A stretch of 52,027 nt of DNA from positions 1 to 52,027 of the forward strand of contig JTLS01000014.1 in NCBI GenBank assembly GCA_000826855.1. The letters run 5' to 3'. This DNA is from Basidioascus undulatus (taxonomy: Eukaryota). Under the pieces are notes generated by a model. The model was not told the DNA's origin. It ran no database searches and saw nothing but the letters and a program-made list of their open reading frames with translations. Made by a program: the position numbers and the translations under genes. This document shows positions 36,892 through 50,366 of the stretch, in pieces (position 1 is the first letter of the stretch; each line of letters starts with the position of its first letter).

Positions 36892-39800
36892 ATGCCGGTG
36901 CAGGACTTGGACTATCTGCGCCAGGAGGCGTTCAAGCAGGTGCGCATCCTCACTAGAATCAGTTTGCATGGTGTGCTGAAAACCTATCAAATTCACAGCT
37001 CAAACCGTCATGCACGCACCTTCTTGGTCTATCGTCCGCGCCGCTCACGCCATCGTCGGCGCCGGCCCTCATAGCGGCCCTTGAAGGCGCGCAGGCCGCG
37101 CTCCTCAGCGTACCCTCGCCCTCCTCGACGCTCACACTCGCCCTCATTCAATATGTTTTCTTCCCCTTCGCCTCTCTTCTCCGGCAGCACGCGCCCACGG
37201 ACCTTCCGGATCGCGTCGCGCAGGCTGTGCTAGAGTGCCTAGGCTTCCTCGCAGGCCACTGGGTCGCGCAGGGCATGCGCCCCGGCGAGTGGGAGCAGCT
37301 CTGGATCCTCGGGGCCATGACGCTTCTCGGCGGGCTGGACGAGAGCGGAAAGGGTAAGAAGCGCGAGCTCTCCGAGGAGACGAAGCTTGCAGCCGTACAG
37401 CTTCTCCTCGCGCTCTCCGCTGCCGTCCCCCCGGCTCACCCTACACCTGCGCACATCTCGGCCCTTCGCTCCCCACGCACTATGCCCATCCTCGGATCGA
37501 TAGTCTCGGGCCTCCTCACCCTCGCACAGTCCGAGCGCCTCCTTTCGCTCCGACTCGTCGCCCTCGCGCTCCTCCAAACCCTCCTCGAAACCTACCTCTT
37601 CGACGCGCCAGATACCGTGGCGCTCGTCCTCCCGGGCACAGTCAGTGGAATGTGCCGCGTCATGCTGGGAGGCAAGGCGGCCCGTGAGCGCGGAGACGTC
37701 ATCCAGGCTGCGCTGCGCGTCTTCGCGGAGGCGGTCCGCGTCGCGTGCAGCGATGCTGGGTGCGTGGACCTCCTTCCGCGCAAGATCTCGCGATTGGACG
37801 AGATCGCCGACTGGGTCAACCCGGACACGCTCGAGGCTGTCCCACCGCCCTCAGTCGACGACACCGAGCCCCTGATCTCTTCCGGCTTCGCGCCAGCCGG
37901 TTTCGGTACCGCCGCCGCGTCTTCGAGCTCCACGCCCTCCGCATCAGGACCACCCCCGCCAGGCCAGCCACCAGGACGGACGCCGTCCTGGCTCACAGCC
38001 ACGTCGCACCAGATGCGTCTTGCACTCGCCTCGCTCACCCCGCTCCTTCAACACACCTCCCCCGTCAGCCGCGGCGCGCTCGTCGAGCTCGCAGCGACGC
38101 TCATGTCATCCTGCCTCACCACGCTCGAGTCCTCGCTCCCCATCCTTCTCTCCCACCTCCTCGTCCTCTCCCTAGATGCCGACAGCGGCGTGCGCGCTCG
38201 CGCGAGAGCCACACTCGCCGATGCGCTCCGAGATCCGCGGCGCGCAGAGAAACTCGTGCCCCTCCTCCGCCAAGGCGCGGAGGACAGCCTGCGGGCTCTC
38301 CCACGCCTCATACGCTCACAAGACGACACGCGCGTCGCGGAGGCCTGCGATCGCATCACCGCTGCTGCCGAGCTACACTCGCTTGCAGCACAGGCGGGGA
38401 CCTCTGGGGTTCTCACGGGTTTAGGCGGGCTCTTGGGACCCCAAGGCGGCGTGGAGAAGTGGGCGTGGAGCTTCCTCGACTGTCTCGAGTTTCTCCCCCC
38501 TCCCACAGCGGCGTCTCCCTCCGCCGCACGCGCTCTCGCTTGGTCCGAGCATTTTAACCTCCTCCCGTCTTCCGGCGAAGGCGACACCGTCTCGCCAGGC
38601 GACGCGCCCTTCCCGCACCTCCCTCTCCGACACCTCGCATCGTCCGACAAGCTCGTGCGCATGTTTCGCGCGCTCGCCCGCGCAGGCGGAGAAGACGCGC
38701 TCTACGCTGTCGAGCACTTCTGGGGGCTCGCCTCGGCGCGTGCGCGCGCGTCGCACGGGCCCAGCGCGCTGTGGGTCGCGGAGGTCGTGCTGGAGGGCGT
38801 TGCACAGGATCCGCATGCGCGTGGCGCGGTCGAGCGGATGGCGGGCATCATGGCTCGCGGGGTGGTCAGGTTGTGCGAGCGGGTGGAGGATGACGACGGG
38901 GAAGGGGTCGAGGAGACCGCGCAACCGCAGACCGACCCTGCGGATGACGCCCTACTTCCGACCGAGTTCCGACGCGGCCCCCATCAGCTTACGACACTGC
39001 TCGACTTGCAGCGCGGCGGTGGCGACGGGAAGCCGCGGCGACCAACAGCGGCATCTCGTGCGCACGAGCGCCTTGCGCACCTCACACTTCTCACCTGCGT
39101 CTCTCTCCAAACCGTCGCCTGCACATCCTCGCTCCTCCCCTCTTCCTTCCGCCCTCACCTCCTTTCGACGCTCTACTTCCTGCTCCGACACCTCGGCTCT
39201 CCCTCCGCGACGATCCATGCGTTCGCCGAGCCGGCCCTCCTCCGCGTGTCGTATCACGCGGGCTACGCGTCCGCGTCCAACGCCGTCCTCGCCAACGCGG
39301 ACTACCTTCTTAACTCGGTCGGGCAGCGCCTCACCCCCGCGCAGCTTGACCCCGCCGCCCCGCGCGTCCTCGTCGCCATGGTCCGGCTCGTCGGGCCGGA
39401 GATCGTGCCCCGCTTGCACGACGTCGTGGACGAGGTGTTCGACGCGCTCGACGACTTTCACAAGTACCTCGAGCTCTGTGAGGGCCTCCTCGCCGTACTC
39501 GACGGGATCATGAAGGTCATGGCGAGCGATCCGGCGCTCGAGGAGATCGCTCTGCTGCGGCCGCCCGGAGAGGCGCGCACGCAGGCGAGCGCGGAACACC
39601 CTGATCCTGCGAGGGACATGGAGAGGCTGGTGGAGTGGTTCGAGCACCGGCACGATCCGCTCCCGGGCGAGGCCGTCGACGAGGACGAGGAGATTGTGCC
39701 CACGCCGCATGAGCCGTGGGGGGCCAAGAAGGGCGACGCCGAGGCCGAGGAGGAGGTGCCTCCGCACAACATCACCGACGCCGAGCCGACGCCGCCGACT

Positions 39801-40478
39801 CGCTCGCAGCTCATCTGCACGTTGATCCTCAACAAAGCGCTCTTCTTCCTGACCCACCCGTCCCCCTTCCTCCGCGCCCGCGTCCTCTCCCTCGTCGCCT
39901 CGGGCGTGCCCGTCCTCGCACGCGCAGGGCGCGAGTCCGACCTCCTGCCCACGATCCACCAAGCGTGGCCGTACGTCCTGAACCGCCTCACGAACAAGGA
40001 CGAGCCGTACGTTTCGATCGAGGCCGCGGGGCTGGTCGAGACCCTCGCGCGCGAGACGGGCGACTTCATGGCGCTCCGAATCCTCGACGACGCGTGGCCC
40101 CGCTTCAAGACGCTCCTCGGGCGTCAACGCGAGGCGGATAGGCGCTCCGCGCTCCCCGTGTTCGACCGACATTCCGTCTCGAACCGCCTGCATGCGGCCA
40201 TGCTCCGCACGATGACGAGCGTCGTGCGCGACGTGCCGGTGCGCGACGTGCTGCTCTGGGAGCTGGCGCTCGAGTTCAGGCGGTTCTTGGGTGGGGACGT
40301 GGAGGAGGGGTTGAGGGCCGAGGCGAAGAAGCTGTTTGAGGCGCTGGAGAAGAGGAACGAGGATCTCGTTTGGGTCGTTGTGGAGGGGACGGAGGGGACG
40401 CTGGGCGGAGATGCGGAGTGGTTAAGGGACAGGGGGAGGAGGTTGGAGGATAGAAGGGGAACGCCTGGAAGGGTATGA
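36892..40478 (+). CDS. TTI1: TEL2-interacting protein 1 (TTT complex, HEAT/ARM repeats)
   Basis: RQEAFKQ-LKPSC start, ALVLPGTVSGM, RTPSWLTATSHQ, GYASASNAVLANADYL, LHDVVDEVFDALDDFH, LLPTIHQAWPYVLNRL and GDFMALRI. About 1180 aa with one intron. Confidence 0.9.
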
Positions 40479-43400
40479 ACAATGAAACATGCTGAATGAG
40501 AAGCAGTAGACGATGGCTGCACTGAAACGCGATAAGTAGCTGGCTTCCGCCGACGTTACAGGCGGCCGGGGTGTCCTCGGCGACTGCAGTTTCGCAAAGG
40601 AAGTAAAGTGGGACTGTCCGCTTCATGCTCTACTTTCCGTGTCACGCTTTCGGATACGGCAGCGCGAGTGCGGTGTACATAATTGTTCAGCCGCAGTCGC
40701 GTCGTTTCCCTCCGACTGTCCTCTAAGCAATCAATTCCACCCAGGTCGACCTGTACTCCGAGTCAGATAACTAGGTGTTCGGTTGCGGTTGCGGCTTACT
40801 GTATCTACATTGCGGGATGCCCTTGTGCAGCGGGGGCACGGGTCTGGCGAGGAGTGCTCTACACGGACGGCACCAGCGTCAATCAGACTGGCCCAGCCAT
40901 TCCTGGGAGCTTTATCAAAGTATACTCCAATAAGTTTCCATTCAAAAATAGATGGCAAAGATCTCCTCAATGGGGCTTATCGGTGAACGTGCTGACCCCA
41001 GGAGCGTTGCGCAGGACCACGAGTCATGGGCAAAGCGCACACAGCGCCGATACCGGCTGTTGGCTGTATATCGGAGCTCATTTCCGAAGGCGGAATAATA
41101 GTTTCGGTCCGCCTGATTTGAATGCGCTATACAGTCAGGTGCGTACAAGCTGGCATGAGGTGTGCTGTTAAACGGCATCTTCGGCCTCGTACTTGGGTAG
41201 CGACATACTGGTAATTACTGAAGAGTAAAAGTCGAGACGCATGATATAACCGTAAGGGACATGTAAACACTTCCATATTTTAGCTAGCTGGTCCAATCCA
41301 GGAACGATTTTGGTGCTCAGCGGACTGTCGCCCTGCTGAAACATGCATGAAGCCACGGACAAGAATGTTGGTGGGGGGTCACTACCAAAGTAGGGAAGTT
41401 GCGCAGTTGTACAATAATAACTCTTACTCATCTGCAACAAACGTTCTTCCTTGGTCGAAGGTGTCCCCCACCGCAAGAGAAACTGCGAGTGGTGGGGGAT
41501 ACGAGGTTGTGCATCCGAGCCCAAGACGATGTCCGGAGACTTTCTACTAGGCACGGTGCGGTTAAAAGCGGATGGGTTGCACCATCTGAGAAGAAATGAG
41601 AGTCGAAACTTGCTTTATTAGTGATTGGCTTCTTCACGGCCGCCGTGTCGATGGTGGGTCCGGGGAGGTGACCATTAGCAGACCACCCCGCCGTTGCGGT
41701 TCTCACTTCAGCCGCTCCAACAGCGCTATACTAACCCGCTATGGCCAAGGTGCCTAGAAAGCCCAGGTGGTTCGGTGCTGCGGTCTGCAGTGGTGCACAC
41801 CCCCATGTGGAGCACAAGCAGCTTAGCAGAAGGGCATAACTTCTAGCAGCTGTTGAGAACAGTAGGTATCGATTCAGCACACACATGGCTGGTTACACCT
41901 GGGTCAAATGCATGCAGTCCTAACAGCTCGTCAGAAGCTTTCAATGCACAGCCTGATACCTGCTGAACGCGGCATCTGGGTTCTGGCGATACGTGCGCAA
42001 TACGGTGGAGGGCTGTTGCGCAATGCCCGCAGGCCTCGCTGTCGAGTTGCTGTCGATGCTGGCTGACTCATCTTCGGTGCATGGGCTTGAGCCCTCAGGA
42101 ACGAAGGAAATACGGTTAGAAATTCGAACAACAGATTCAGTGACACATACACAGTATGTACACACTACAGTTGACAACAGCAAACAGCTATGCAACTCCT
42201 TGCAGACTGCCTGACCGCTCATTCGGATCACGCCTGCGCGAGCGTGTGCTTTTAACTCCGTCCCTGGAACGCAAGGTTGTATGAAAGCGACAAGAGAGGG
42301 ACGGAACCGCCGGCCGGATGCTTCTTCTTGGAGGTTACCCGAGTGCACAGTCAGCTATCAGGAGGGCTAATCGTCGGTGAACCCCGGCAACACGGTGTGC
42401 ACTATGCAAAGTGCAGCGTGTGCACCCGCCCCGTGCTGTATACAACCCTCAGGTGTACAGCAAACCTGACTGAGGCGTATCGGGACCTATTCTTGGCGCA
42501 GAACACCTCGTATCAAGGCATACTTGTCGTGGAAGTCATGGGGTGGCCAGAGAATCTCTCGTATCGCGAGCAACGCAGGCAGCACTCCAGTCAGTTCCGA
42601 CTTCCTGGGTAGCCCTGTCAGACCGTTAGAAGGATTCCAGTGCATACAATTGTCCAACAGATACCTGAGCTGTGGGCTGGCTTCATTGAGCCAAGCAGCG
42701 TGCATGCCGGCCACTAGCAACAAATTTGAACCAAATAGATCTTTATTCCACTCAACGCTCCGAGAATTGGATGAAAATCTGCAGGAGGAATTGAAACGAA
42801 GCAGATCGGAAACCCCATTGAGTGACGCTGACGGTTGACAGTTTCTTGCCGACAGCCCGTACGTACCTATGTACCAGTATCACTCCAATATTCACGGCCT
42901 TCGGGCTCCTTTTGCTTCTCCCATCATTTGCAGATCAGATCCTCAGGCGCCTTCCGCCCTCACAGCCTAAGCTCTCCTGTGTTTTTACGGGCTCGCTCGC
43001 GTGGACGGTACGAAAATTATCAAGCGGAGGAATTGACCATGGCGCGTGCAAGATATTCACATGTTTGATTGCCCCCGCGCCATTAGCAGACGCCACCGAC
43101 GGAGGCGCTCCCCTCGCCCCTTGAACACCGCCGCTCGGCGCTCGCCCTGCACCCCCGGGCTCTTATCATTTGGCCATCCGCCGTTGCCGCCGCCGCCGCC
43201 ACGCCGGGCTCGACGTTGCCACCGCACAAATTGACCGACGTGCCGACGCCCGCCCCCCGCGCGCGTTGAGTCTTGACGCGCTCAGCACCGCCGATCCTCG
43301 CCCTCTCTCCACCACCACTCTCCCGCTCCCCCTCTGCGCCCTCGTCTCGCAGTTCCCGAACCGCACACCCTCGCCGCGAGGATCATCCACGTCGGCCTTA

Positions 43401-43508
43401 TCCCACCACCATCAGATCCTCAACTGGCGCATAATCGCATAGTCAGCGACTGGTCCCGCCGGGGACGCTCATCTCCCTCGCCTTCCTCTCGGCCCTCGCG
43501 CGCCTGCG

Positions 43509-46094
43509 ATGTCCCTTCGCGCCAAGGGCAAACGACCAGCGTCGTCTAGCGGATCTGACGAGGAAGACGGCGCAGGCTTGGCACTGGTCACGACGCCCAA
43601 GTCCGGCCTGAGCACTGCTTCGGCCTCGTATACGTTCGTGCCCAGGCTGGAGCGCGAGAGAATGCACCCCCGACCGTGAGTGAAGCCTCTTCTTCTTTGG
43701 ACGCGACGGGTTTGAGGCGTGGGGATGGAGGGGTTCAAGCTGGTTGGTAGAAAGGGGCCTGGGTACATGGAGCTTTACACAGTGGTTCATGAATCGCTGA
43801 TGGCCATCTTCATGTCGGTATAGGGCTTTCACGCTGCAGGTTCGACAAGATGCCAAACAGGCCCGAGTTTGCTCGTTCAAGGAGAAGGGTTCGTCCAATA
43901 TTTCGGTCGCAATAGCCCAGTCCGGCGCCTTCACATGTCTTGAGACCATGAGGCGCTGACAAACTTCGCACTACCAGTCGACCGACGACCCATCGACCCT
44001 CCTCCAATCGTGCAAATGCGGTCCACTGAGCCAAACCCAGAGTGCGCCCCTGCCCTCCGGTTCTCACATTCCGTTTTTAATTATCACTCACTCATGCCGT
44101 GTCGGCTCGCCCGGCAGGGAGTTCTTCCAATGCACGTCGTTCTTCATGACCGCGACGCTCGTCTCTCCCGACGCGCCGCATGAAGAAGTCTTTACGCCGT
44201 CAGGACAACAATCCACGGCGGGGACGACGCTGCAGACGCCTTCTAAGCTGAAGGACATTGATGGGACTGGTGCGCCATCGTTCCCTACGTAGCAACTGTT
44301 CGCCTGTGCTGACTGGCTTTGCATTACCAGAGGGGGCGTTTTGCATCTGGCCGCACTTGTCGGTGCGTGTCGAGGGCACGTACTTGCTGCGATTCCGTCT
44401 GTATGAGATCGTCGGGTGAGTCGAATGTTCCCGTCGGCTCCAATCCCCATCATCCCTTTAGCGGAGGCAGCATTGCGCAAGTGGGCGTCGTTACACAGCA
44501 CTTCTCGCTCCGGCTTCTGCTCATGTGTATTGAAAACTCAAGCTGACACCATCATCGCAGTCTCGAAGTGATCGAAGTCGCATCTGCACTTTCTGGGCCG
44601 CTCGTCGTTTACGCTCCCAAGGTCGGTCATCTTCCGCCATCTTTCATTTGCAGGCATTTCTGACGATGCGCTTTCTTGTCGGGCAGCTGTTCCCGGGCAT
44701 GTCCGAGTCGTCCTACCTCACCCGCTGCTTCGCCGACCAAGGCGTTCGCGTCCGGATTCGCAAGGAAAACAAAGTTGCGCAAGTGTGCGTCCTCTTTCTC
44801 AATTTACATCTTTTCATGCTCGAAGGCATTTGACATCGCCACTTTGGGCAGAAAACGCATCCGCACGGCATCGGACCCGCCGGCTGCTCCTTCGCCGACA
44901 GTCCGAACCGGCGTCACCGCGTCGCAACTGGCGGCGGCGTCGACATCGTCGTCGTCTTCGCCCGCGATTGCTGCGCCTGCCCTTCCACCGGCGCCGCCTT
45001 TGCGGACGTACTTGCCGCATGACTTAGGCGAGGGGTTGCCTGGACTGGGGATGAAGGGGGAAGCGCCATGGTGTACGTTTCAGATCTACCGACATCGCTA
45101 TCCTGTCGAAGCTGACTTTCTCGTGTCCGCTTTTTGTGCAGACGAAAATCCGCTGCCTTCCATCGGGCAACATCCAGGGTCGTATATGTCGCAGCCGAGT
45201 CGGTATCAAAGTTACCCTGCGCCCCGGGCGCCGACGCCGACGCATGCGTATCCCGGCACAAGCACGGCGCAAGGCGGTGCGCTCTACTCCCCCGAGCAGC
45301 TGCCGCAGCCGTTGGCGCCTATCAGCTCCCTCATCAATCCTGTCTCGTCCTTCCCACCACCTGCTCAGCCCTCGTCGGGCTACTACTCTCCCACCACTCT
45401 CTTCGCTTCGCCCTCAACCCGCTCCGATCCAGCGTCCACGTCCTCCCTCGCCCCCTCACCCATCCCCGCTCACGCACGCACCACGTACCCGCCCATGTCC
45501 TCCGCCGGCGCCAGCTCGGCATACCCGTCGCCGTTCACCCAGCTTCACGCGCTCACGCGTCCGCCCTACGGCCACCACGCAGCATACGACCCGCTGTCGA
45601 ACGTGCGCACGCAGATGGACGACGACGAGCCGACCTCGTCGCCGCCCACGCGGGATACGCGGCTCTTCTCGCCCGCGCCGGGGAGCGAGCTGCCCCCGCC
45701 GCCGCTGCCGCCCGAGAGGGGCGACCTCCAGCCTCACCGGTACGCGTCTTACGCGGATCCGCAAGCCCCTCACGAATCGTACGCGCCAACACCCTACCCT
45801 GTCTCCCCCATCCTTCCGTCGACCTCCTCCGCCATGCACACCCCCGCCATGACCGCGACTCGTCTCGCGCCGAACGAATACGACACCTCCGCGCCGCACC
45901 CATCTCCTTTACCCACACCGCATCCGCCCGGGTCGAGCTCGATCAGCCAGCTCCTCGTACCACCGCCATCGGCCATCTACGCTTCGCCGCTGCGATCATC
46001 ATCGCTCCTCCCGCATGATCCGCGGTATCAGCAGCATCAGCACCCGCAGCATGGCGGCAGGTGGGACGCGGGCTCTGCCGGTGGGCCGGGATGA
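43509..46094 (+). CDS. Velvet-domain transcription regulator (VosA-like layout: N-terminal velvet domain, long P/S-rich tail)
   Basis: Spliced: [103 protein letters not shown]. An in-frame TAG at 43440-43442 lies upstream of ATG 43509. Confidence 0.93.
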
Positions 46095-46979
46095 CCCAGG
46101 ATGTGTGGGTGCGGTGGATATGGCGGTGCTCGGTCGTTCCTTCCGCCTTCTTTCTACTCATTCATACGGAGGAGTTCGGCGGTCCGACTCCGCGCCGCTC
46201 GCCATGTGTCCCCATTGCGTTGCCTTTGATATTTCTTCGCTTGCGGCTTCCCTTTTCTATCACATACGTTACGGCCTCTCGGGAGATCTCTTTCGCATCC
46301 TTATCTCTTCTGCTTGTTGCATTCAATCGACATTATACGTTTTTTTACGATAATAGCTTGCAGAACGGACTCCCGTTTCGCTCGTGAGAGGATGCGTTGA
46401 CTCTGGGTTCGACAGAGGCCGCGGTGGAATCTTCGATCGCGTCGTGTTTTGCTTTTGCTTTTGCAATCGCTCTGATCCTGGCCCCTGGATACGGCCCATG
46501 ATGTAGCGCTCTCAGTGATTCCAGGATTCCAGGCCCGCGGATCAACGTTTGCTCGGTGTGGACTGTGCGCAATCGCCGCGTCCCGGTTCAGCAATTTGAA
46601 ACGACCAGGCAGCTTGCCGCTGAAAAGGGCTTCTTCGGAGTCTGCACAGATCAGTGCGTAGACAGCCTGTCAAAGCCCAGCCTGTTCAGCAGTCTCAGAC
46701 ACCCTGGCTCATTGATTCAGCAGTTGACCTCTTTCTCTTCAGACATCACTCAGTCATGTCCCTTTCCGGTGGTGAGCTGAGCCAGTGAGCGCTAGAGATC
46801 GAACTCCTTATCTCAACCCCTATCGCCAGACTCCTGACGTGGCTTTCCCACGTCCGAGCCTGGTTCAAGCCCGCCGATAGCGCCGCGCTGGCCTCCCTCA
46901 TCAAGGCGTGGTCGATCGTCGCCTTGTTCCACTTCCTCCACGACCTCCAATCCACACATTACTACAAAGAGCTGCCAGC

Positions 46980-48917
46980 ATGGCCATCACAGTCGCTCCC
47001 CTGCCTCTCCCGCCCTCCGCAGACCCCAAGTACTTCGCCGATTTCGGGAAGGTCGTGAGCGGCCTCGATCCCGCCAACTTCAGCGAGGCGGAGTTCAAGG
47101 AGCTCGAGGAGCTCTTGTACAAGGTGTGTCTAGTTGGGCGATCATTTGAGGATTCATCTCATCTCCGGAGTCACAACAGCACGGTGCTCTGTTCTGGAGA
47201 AACGTCACCATCACGCCTGCGCAGCAGGACCGCCTGACGCGGGCCTTCGATCCTCAAGCCAAGAGCTACGGGCACGGCGACAACAAGACCGAGAAGAACA
47301 ACAAGAGTATCCTTCACCCAGACCTGCGAGTCTCTGTTTATACAGGGTTGGAAACGACGAAGCTCAGACGGGTGCTCGCACGACAGGAAAACGATCCCCA
47401 GCACGCCTACAGTTCAGCTCATTGGTACTTTGACCCACTTGCGTATGCTAAGGAATAAGATCAGAACTAAATTTGGATGGATCTCTAGGTAACGGCCTGG
47501 TTTACGATCATGAAGGACTGAAGGAGGTGCGTTTCTGCGACTCGTCTGCCAGCGCAGCGTCCCCTGATAAGGACACGCATCGCTACAGGCCAAGCTCAAG
47601 CACCCGCACCACCGCACATTCCACAAGACGACCGTTCCACTCGAGGAAGATATCGACTACACCCGCTTCTACAGGTATGGTCGGCCCTCCATCTCAGGTG
47701 CTAACTGGCGGCTGACAGAGCGCTCCCTTATCGGGCAGATGGCACATCGACGCGGCTCTCTGTGCGTTTGAAGGCGTGGTCTTACAGCGACCAGGAAGGC
47801 TGCCCTAACGAATTGGTTGGATGGGTAATAGACGACCTCTCGCCGCCAAAGGTGACCACGCTGCATGCCCTGCGGGTCCCGAAGGGCAGGACGCAGGTCT
47901 GTCGATATGACGATGGCACGGGCGACGAGCTGGAGGTTCCGCTAGGCACGACTGCTTGTGAGTTACGAGAGAAATATCTCTGGGTGTTACAGGGAACTTC
48001 ATGACATTCGATTGCAGTCGTCAGCGGCAAGAACATGTTCGAGCTCCTGCCTGCGCCGCTGAAGTCGCTAGCGGTCCGTTCCAAGGTGACATACGGTGAG
48101 TTTATTTTCTGCAATAACGCTTACTCACGTCGTCAACCTCACTTAAACCCGTACAGCGCCCCATCCTTACGTCTGGTAGGTGCAACGAGCTATGAGGATT
48201 CAACAGTAGGAAGCTGACTGCAATTACAGGATGTCGCCCGCCCGTGCGAAGTCCACCGGTCTCGGCATCGAATCAGATGGGCTAGAGCTGCGGCTGGACG
48301 AGCTCCCGTCCTGGTCGGAAGACAAAATCAAGACGTATCCCGTGGTATGTCCTTCGTGCTAGCCCTCGCATGCCTACAAGTCCAGCGCTGACCTCCCGCT
48401 ACACGCAGCTCTGGAAGAACCCCATTACTGGTGCACTGCACTTCCAAGTACGTCAGAGGCCTATTTATCTCGTTCTGGGCTGCTTCCTCTAACAGGCTTT
48501 CATTCAGGTGCACCCTTGCGGCGTCCGCGAACTGCATATTGCCCCTCTCCCAGCGGGGGCGGACCGCCCAAAGGACGCGCTCTACCCCGACGGGGCGCGC
48601 CTGATGGATCTCGCCACGGTGCGGGACCTCCTGTACAGCATGCAGCGTCCTGCGATCGCGCCGCACCTGGTCTACCCGCACCAGTGGGAGGAGGGCGACC
48701 TCCTCCTGTTCCACAACCGAGGGTTGCTGCACTCGGTCGTTGGGGCGTTTAGGGAGAACGAGGTTCGGATGCTCCATCAGGTGAGTGGTGATCAGTATGG
48801 GAGGGATGGGGGTGCGTGGAGAGGCTGTGCTGAGAGTTTCGCGCGCGACAGTGCAACATGGCTGCGACCGAGGACCCTGTGGGGCCGTCCGAGGAGGACA
48901 TCAGGCAATACGCTTAA
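46980..48917 (+). CDS. xanA: Fe(II)/alpha-ketoglutarate-dependent dioxygenase, TauD family, xanthine dioxygenase-like
   Basis: SYGHG...SILHPDLKTIP, LKHPHHRTFHK, TRFYRWHIDAALYDLSPPKVTTL (HxD), GTTAFVSG, APHPYVWM, LWKNPITG, and HQWEEGDLLLFHNRGLLHSVVGAF...RMLHQCNMA. Confidence 0.88.
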
Positions 48918-49325
48918 TTGTTTGTTAGACGAACGGTTAGACTTTTTTTCTATTGCCTGATAGACGTCTCTTCATCATTCTCATGACGTATGCGCAGGTT
49001 GAGAACTGAGAACTGATGGCGGTTTCGTTTGCTGCCGAGCGCACTAAGCCGTGCTCAGCCGACTAATCATGCCTGCACCAGGACTGCACTTGATTAGAAC
49101 TCCTGCCAATTGGAATATTCCAACTCAAACTCAGAGCTGAATCCTCTTCTGCGTATTTCGAGATTCTCAGGCGCATTGTGCGAACATATCCAAAGCCATT
49201 CTCGAGTGACTGCACGCATTCACTTGGTGTAATCTCACGGAGCTTGCGGAATTGAGCTTGTACACAAATCTGGCCGCCTCCTGAGCCTATTAGCTACGGT
49301 ATATCCTACCCACAGAACTATCAGT

Positions 49326-50366
49326 TCAGAAGTCGGCAAGCTGCATCGCGCGCTCGACCATGCCAGGGACATACGGCGACAGGGCCGTAGGCGCAAAAGC
49401 TGTGTGAACCTCACCGCTTCAGTAAGGCACTTCGAAACCGTCGAGAAAGTGGCGCTGTACCTCTTCCCCACAGCTTTGACACGCCCGGCAGTGTCAGCTT
49501 TCGAGGTGGAGAGCGCGTCGCAGCCGGCCGATCCGCTCGAGGAGGATGCACCTTTCTCCTCTGATCATGCTCTTCCCTCAAACGCGTAGTGTGCAGCGAG
49601 GCACCCTTGATCTCGTCTATCTTGGTCAAGACGCCTTGCGGCGCAGAACCGACAGCATGCTAGCGTGAAGCCTACCCGACTCGGCGGCAGCAGCGACTCA
49701 CCAATTGTAACCAGGATCCTTCACCCAATTCTGACCATGCACGATCCCAACCGCCTCCGGGAGGCGAATACTGATTTCGTTCGGACCTGTCATCAACCCC
49801 CAAGTAGTTTATGAGCTCTGAAGTACCCGGGCGCAATTGAGCATTCGGCGGACCGATCCGCACGAAGTCTCCGTACTTCTCGTGCAACTCCTTCAGGCGG
49901 AGATGCGCATTACCATTGAAGGCGGTCTTTGCGCGCCAGAACATGCTGAGCTTGGCCAGTGTCGTGCCCGGCTTCAAAAGTATGAAAGTCAGGCAACGCA
50001 GTCGCACAGTTGAGCCGATGGCCGGGGACTGACGATCTTGGCGAGCGGGTGGAAGGGCGAGAGGCGCTAGCACCCGATGGAGAGGAGGACTTTGAGCAGG
50101 TGGAGCAGTACGGAGTGCGCACGGAGGGCGACGATGATGAAGGCCAGGGTGAAGATGGGCTCAGAAAAGCGGAAGAAGGCATTGGTGGCGATGCCCAGCA
50201 GGACGGTGTCGATAATGGGGTGGATGAGGAACACAATGGTGCGGATAGCTAGGAGAGGGGTTGGCTGTGATAGATCCGGGAGAAGGAGATGTGTCCAAAG
50301 TGGATGGACGATCGCACGAACATACGGGCGGGCATCAGTACACCCGGCGTCTGCGGCGGTGGACAT
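49326..50366 (-). pseudogene. Cytochrome P450 N-terminal part (CYP5035-like), with premature stop and truncation
   Basis: Hydrophobic N-terminus, C*RLSPFHPLAKI-PG (TAG at 50067-50069 where Y is expected), LHEKYGDFVRIG-PNEISI, and HDQRRK-LWGR-AFAPTALSPYVPGMVERAMQLADF*. Similarity ends there. Confidence 0.88.

Noticed and set aside
38952..40193. 413-aa antisense ORF, and similar long ORFs over TAF2, UBA3 and the velvet tail
   Set aside because: These are shadow frames produced by high GC3 codon bias in real genes, with no recognisable motifs.
44761..44852. Apparent frameshift at the end of the velvet domain
   Set aside because: The GTGCGT donor at 44785 (phase 2) joins in frame to give KVAQVKRIRT.
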